Below, one piece after another: positions 59,994-64,000 of a stretch of 64,000 bases of DNA. The stretch spans positions 1,696,001 through 1,760,000 of the forward strand of contig JASGHG010000001.1 of assembly GCA_047602425.1 (NCBI GenBank), in the 5' to 3' direction. Made by a program: the position numbers and the translations under genes. The stretch's first letter is position 1; every line of letters begins with the position of its first letter. This stretch comes from Nibricoccus sp. GTDB taxonomy: Bacteria > Verrucomicrobiota > Verrucomicrobiia > Opitutales > Opitutaceae. The notes under the pieces are model-generated. The model saw only the letters and a list, made by a program, of their open reading frames with translations. It searched no databases and had not been told where the DNA came from.

Positions 59994-60066
59994 GTCACAT
60001 CACACGTGGCCCGAAAACCGGAAAAGGTGACAAACCGGCCAAAAAAAATTTCAGCGCGCCGTCGTT

Positions 60067-60108
60067 AAAAAACCGCCGGGGATTTTATCCGGACGACAAT
60101 CCCCGGCG
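60067..60108 (-). terminator. Intrinsic terminator after queF
   Basis: CGCCGGGGATT...AATCCCCGGCG with a T run on the minus strand. Confidence 0.7.
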
Positions 60109-60120
60109 CCTATTCCTCAC

Positions 60121-60486
60121 TCACCTTTTTTTCTTCGCGGAATTTTTCCACTCGGCGGTGATAATGGAGGAAAAACCGCCGCGGGCCTTCCAGCGGGCGA
60201 TGATGGCGAGACTCCGGGGTTTCAGCGCGTTGCCCAGATCGTCGCAGATCTTGTTGGTCGCCGCTTCGAAGAAGATGCCTTCGTTGCGGTAGGCGTGGAA
60301 ATAGAGCTTGAGCGATTTGAGTTCGACGCAGGTTTTGTCGGCGACGTAACGCACCGTGATGTCAGCGAAATCCGGGTGTCCGGTCATCGGGCAGACCGAA
60401 GTGAATTCGTGGTGCGTGTGTTCGATGACGTAGTCGCGATGCGCGGCGGGATTGGCAAAAGTTTCGAGAATTTTCGGATTGGCCAT
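60121..60486 (-). CDS. queF: NADPH-dependent preQ0 reductase (short, unimodular type)
   Basis: LETFANP, EFTSVCPMTGHPDFA, VELKSLKLY, ARGG. Confidence 0.95.
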   Translation of the reverse strand: MANPKILETFANPAAHRDYVIEHTHHEFTSVCPMTGHPDFADITVRYVADKTCVELKSLKLYFHAYRNEGIFFEAATNKICDDLGNALKPRSLAIIARWKARGGFSSIITAEWKNSAKKKR

Positions 60487-60492
60487 GGGGCA

Positions 60493-60641
60493 CAGATGCC
60501 AGATGTCAGAGGCCGGAGGCCAGAGAATAATACGCGTAACAAAAACCGTTGCGCCGCCCAAGCCAAATAGTGTGCCTCGCCTTCAATCTGACTTCCGATT
60601 TCCGCCCTCAGGCATCCGGCCTCTGGCTTCCGGCATCCGGC
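60493..60641. repeat. Inverted heptamer tandem-repeat element
   Basis: CAGATGC CAGATGT CAGAGGC CGGAGGC CAGAG, a 60-nt spacer, then ATCTGAC TTCCGAT TTCCGCC CTCAGGC ATCCGGC CTCTGGC TTCCGGC ATCCGGC. Confidence 0.8.
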
Positions 60642-60663
60642 TCCTGAGCCGCGCGGCGCGGCA

Positions 60664-62274
60664 CTACGTCGCGGTCTCGGTATAACGGCTTTCGCGAATG
60701 ACCGTGACCTTGATCGTGCTGGGGTACTGGAGTTCGCTTTCGATACGCTGACGCAGGGTCTTGGCGATCTCGGCGGCTTTTTCGTCGGTCACATGCTGGG
60801 GGGCAACCACCACGCGGATTTCTCGGCCGGCCTGGATGGCGTAGGCTTGTTGGACGCCTTCGAGGGAGAGCGCGAGTTTTTCGAGACGATCGAGACGTTG
60901 GATGTAGCTCGTCATCGACTCGGCCCGCGCTCCGGGACGAACCGCGGAAATCGTGTCGGCGAGAATGACAAGGCCGGCGTAAACCGTTTCGGGCTTCACT
61001 TCGTCATGATGCGCGGCGACGGCGTTGACGACGATCGGAGTTTCCCCGTGGCGCTTGATGAAGTCGGCGCCGATCATGGCGTGACTGCCCTCGTAATCGC
61101 CTTCGACGCCCTTGCCGATGTCGTGGAGGAGGCCGGCGCGTTTGGCGACGCCGGGGTCGAGGCCCGTTTCGCTCGCGAGCAACGAACAGAGCAGGCCGAC
61201 TTCCACGGAGTGGTCGAGGGCGTTTTGAGTGTAGGCGAAGCGATATTTGAGGCGCCCGAGCAGCTTGATGATTTCGGGGTGGAGGCCGTTGATGCCGAGG
61301 CGTTGCACGGCGTCTTCGCCGGCCTGCACGACATTGGTTTCGACATCGGCGCGGGCGCGGTTGACGAAGTCCTCGATGCTGGCCGGGTGAATGCGTCCGT
61401 CCTTCACAAGGCTTTCCAGCGCAAGCCGGGCGATCTCGCGCCGAACCGGATCAAAGGAGGAAATCAAGACCATCTGCGGCGTTTCGTCGATCAGCAGCGT
61501 CACACCGGTGGTGGATTCGAAGGCCTTGATGTTGCGGCCCTCGCGGCCGATGATGCGGCCCTTCATCTCTTCGCTGGGCAGATGGACGATGGTTGCGGTG
61601 ATGTCGTTGTTGGGCCGGGAAGCCATGCGCTGCATCGTCGTGATGAGGATGCGCTGGGCTTCGCGCTGCAGCTCCTGCTCGGACTTTTCCATCGTCTGGC
61701 GGCGGAGGGCGCGCAGTTCGTCCTGGCACTCGATCATGATCTCATCGCGCAGGGCGCGTTTGATCTCCTCCGCATCCATTTGGGAAACGCCTTCGAGGCG
61801 CGTGCGAAGGCTTTTGGAAAGAGCACGAATGGCGTCGCGGGCCTGCTTGATGGCAACATTCTCGCGCGCGAGCCGCTCCTGTTTTTGCTCCAGCTGGTAG
61901 TCGAGCAGGCTGAGCGATTCCTCATGGGCGCGGATTTCGCGAAGCTTGATGTCGGTTTCGATTTCGCGGCGGTCAAATTCGCGGCCAAGCTCCGCGTAAC
62001 GTTTTTGAATTTCCTCCTCGGCCTTTTGCTTCATTTCCTGCGCGGCGACGGCGGCCTCGCGTTTGCCGACCTCGACGAGGTTCGCGGCGTTTTGAATCGC
62101 GGCGCGACGCATTTGCCGTGTCAAAACCCAAACCACCAAAAAGCCGAAACCTGCGCCCACGACAAGAGCTCCTCCCAAGGACCGCAAAAGCGGATCACCT
62201 TGGGCCATCAGTAACGCAAAGTCGGATGCGTCGGCTACTTTCAAGAGCTGTGGAACGTAGGGCGCACCAAACAA
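60664..62274 (-). CDS. rny: Ribonuclease Y
   Basis: N-terminal TM and coiled coil, KH domain (MKGRIIGREGRNI), HD domain (GLLHDIGK, AAHH, ADTISAVRPGAR). Start is TTG 62274 or ATG 62208. Confidence 0.96.
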   Translation of the reverse strand: MFGAPYVPQLLKVADASDFALLMAQGDPLLRSLGGALVVGAGFGFLVVWVLTRQMRRAAIQNAANLVEVGKREAAVAAQEMKQKAEEEIQKRYAELGREFDRREIETDIKLREIRAHEESLSLLDYQLEQKQERLARENVAIKQARDAIRALSKSLRTRLEGVSQMDAEEIKRALRDEIMIECQDELRALRRQTMEKSEQELQREAQRILITTMQRMASRPNNDITATIVHLPSEEMKGRIIGREGRNIKAFESTTGVTLLIDETPQMVLISSFDPVRREIARLALESLVKDGRIHPASIEDFVNRARADVETNVVQAGEDAVQRLGINGLHPEIIKLLGRLKYRFAYTQNALDHSVEVGLLCSLLASETGLDPGVAKRAGLLHDIGKGVEGDYEGSHAMIGADFIKRHGETPIVVNAVAAHHDEVKPETVYAGLVILADTISAVRPGARAESMTSYIQRLDRLEKLALSLEGVQQAYAIQAGREIRVVVAPQHVTDEKAAEIAKTLRQRIESELQYPSTIKVTVIRESRYTETAT

Positions 62275-62277
62275 AGT

Positions 62278-64000
62278 TCAATCTTTCTTCGCAGGAGCCG
62301 GGAGGTTGCTTATTTCATCAGCCTTGTTCGCCCGGATGGACGGCCAAACTCCGGCCACAACCTGCTGCATGCGGGCCAGCGCAGCCGGTTCCCCGCCCTC
62401 ACCTACCACACTCTGCACCACAACATAGGCCCAGCGCTCGGCGCGCAAGTGACGCAAACGGCTCAACGCATCGCGCCATTGCATGCCGGCATGCGTGGGC
62501 ACGAGGTCGTTTCCGCTCACAAACCAGTACGCCAGCAACGACCTCACCTTCACGGACGCCCCTCGTGCATCCATGGCGTCGTGTTCGATGCGCAACAAGG
62601 TCGCGGGCAACGCCTCGTCGCCCGCTCTAAATTCATGCCGAACCCGATCGGCAATGCTCCATCCCTGCCCCGCCAGGCAGATTTCCGGGCGGTGAATGGA
62701 GGTGCGATCCTGCCCGCTCAAGACCACCGAGACAAAAACCTGCTGCCATCGATCGGCCAGGGCCACGTAGTTCTTTCGCGAATACCCCGTGTCGGGAGGA
62801 AGTACTTCACGCTCGACCGCCGAAACCACCGCGTCGCGACCCGCCCAATCCGTGCCGATAAAATCAGGCAACTCCACCGGTGCGCCGCCGCCCTCCACCA
62901 AGCGGACGCCCGCAGTCGAAATCTTCGGCCTGCCATCCAGCCACATCGCCCCTGCCGCAACCAAGCCCGCCGCCGCCACAACCACCGGGATGCGCCAAGC
63001 CGCTCCACCGGCCGCCAATGACGGCGATGGAGCTTCCGCTACAGCTATTGTGCTGTCCACAGCCGGGGAAGCATTCGCCGAACCTTCGTCCACCGCCTTC
63101 GCAAAACCCAATCGGCGCAGCAATGCTCCCGTCGCCAACAACAACCCCAGCACCACCAAAAAAACCACCACGCCAGAGCTCTCATGCAGCCTGCTCCCCG
63201 CCGTCGCGCCAAACTTCTCGCCGACCAGCACGAGGAAAAGCACCCGCGCGATGTTGCCCGCCACGACATACGGCAGACACATCACCGCCAGAATCGCCCG
63301 CGCCCACCAGGAGCGAAAGCCCAAGTAGCCCAGCAACAATGCGAGCGCGAGCAACGCCACCAGCGAACGCACGCCCGAGCAGGCCGCCGCCACATCGTAT
63401 TGAAAGCGCCCGTCGGCCGACACCAGTTGTGTGCCGTTGCGCACCAGACCCACGCCGAACCACTTGGCAAGGGCAAAGGCCTGCTCCGAAACCGTCAGAC
63501 GCAGGTTGAAACCCAGCGTATCCAAAAAATTCACCGGCAGCGCGAGCAGCATAAAGCCCAGCGGAAAAATCGCCGCCCGCCCCCAGCGCCGCCCGCCCGC
63601 CAACGTCAGCACACCCAACACGAAAACCAGCAGCCCCACGATCGAAACCCGCGTTTGCTGCATGGCGTAGCCCGCCAGATGGAGCAGCAATCCAGCCAGC
63701 ATCGCAGCCACGGGAGTCCAATTCCCCCCCACGTCCGACGCATTTCCGGACGACACTGTCGCGCCATTCTGGATACGCAAGTTGCGCCAGAACAACCAGC
63801 CCGCGACAAGCAACACCAATGGCCCGTGCTGCAATTCGGCCGCCGGGTCGAACCATTGCACTCCCCACCAATAAAATAGCGAACGCGAATGGATATAGCC
63901 GCGCGTCGCATTGCCCCAGAATTGGAAAACCAGTCCACCCACCACCGTACAAACCAACGCGGATGGCCAAAAACGCGCGAGGGCAAACTGGTTTCTTGCG
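62278..64000 (-). CDS. Exosortase (EpsH family) fused to an EpsI-like domain; 5' end lies outside the window
   Basis: Multi-TM; VAAACSGVRSL (Cys), GNIARV (Arg), RLHE (His); EpsI-like LPPDT...DRTSIHRPEICLAGQGW...YWFV. Confidence 0.9.
   Translation of the reverse strand, partial: ARNQFALARFWPSALVCTVVGGLVFQFWGNATRGYIHSRSLFYWWGVQWFDPAAELQHGPLVLLVAGWLFWRNLRIQNGATVSSGNASDVGGNWTPVAAMLAGLLLHLAGYAMQQTRVSIVGLLVFVLGVLTLAGGRRWGRAAIFPLGFMLLALPVNFLDTLGFNLRLTVSEQAFALAKWFGVGLVRNGTQLVSADGRFQYDVAAACSGVRSLVALLALALLLGYLGFRSWWARAILAVMCLPYVVAGNIARVLFLVLVGEKFGATAGSRLHESSGVVVFLVVLGLLLATGALLRRLGFAKAVDEGSANASPAVDSTIAVAEAPSPSLAAGGAAWRIPVVVAAAGLVAAGAMWLDGRPKISTAGVRLVEGGGAPVELPDFIGTDWAGRDAVVSAVEREVLPPDTGYSRKNYVALADRWQQVFVSVVLSGQDRTSIHRPEICLAGQGWSIADRVRHEFRAGDEALPATLLRIEHDAMDARGASVKVRSLLAYWFVSGNDLVPTHAGMQWRDALSRLRHLRAERWAYVVVQSVVGEGGEPAALARMQQVVAGVWPSIRANKADEISNLPAPAKKD

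Noticed and set aside
60487..60663. preQ1 riboswitch upstream of queF
   Set aside because: No preQ1 aptamer consensus was seen; the region is explained by the heptamer array.
60793..62214. 473-aa plus-strand ORF, and similar long antisense ORFs (40689-41942, 51444-52649, 18191-19456, 5829-6824)
   Set aside because: They mirror well-supported genes on the opposite strand, as expected from high-GC codon bias, and show no recognisable motifs.

Overview
GC-rich bacterial chromosomal segment, probably from an Opitutaceae / Verrucomicrobiota genome. This is inferred from the gene repertoire: an exosortase-EpsI fusion, a giant PATR/Ig/NHL surface enzyme with a GlyGly tail, an ECF sigma with a membrane extension, and lineage-typical helical proteins. 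Core genes (KamA-family radical SAM, carA, kdsB, ptsH, purL, cobB, RluA-family, recD2, malic enzyme, hisN, queF, rny) are interleaved with plant-polysaccharide degradation genes: three PL1 pectate lyases and two CE8 pectin methylesterases around two uncharacterised helical proteins, a GH2+PA14 enzyme, and a 1880-aa PL11 rhamnogalacturonan lyase. No rRNA, tRNA, CRISPR array, prophage or transposase gene was recognised. The most unusual signals are: (1) two copies of one short palindromic repeat element inserted in frame inside purL, belonging to a wider set of inverted tandem-repeat elements (7-, 9- and 10-nt periods) at gene boundaries; (2) a ~190-nt rod-like ncRNA candidate at 24.4-24.6 kb; (3) a HutI homologue that has lost most active-site residues; (4) a PDZ + subclass B3 metallo-beta-lactamase fusion; (5) two paralogous all-helical proteins beside secreted enzymes, which may be dedicated folding chaperones. 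Four genes carry single-site lesions, which could be sequencing errors. All calls come from reading motifs by eye; no database searches were run.
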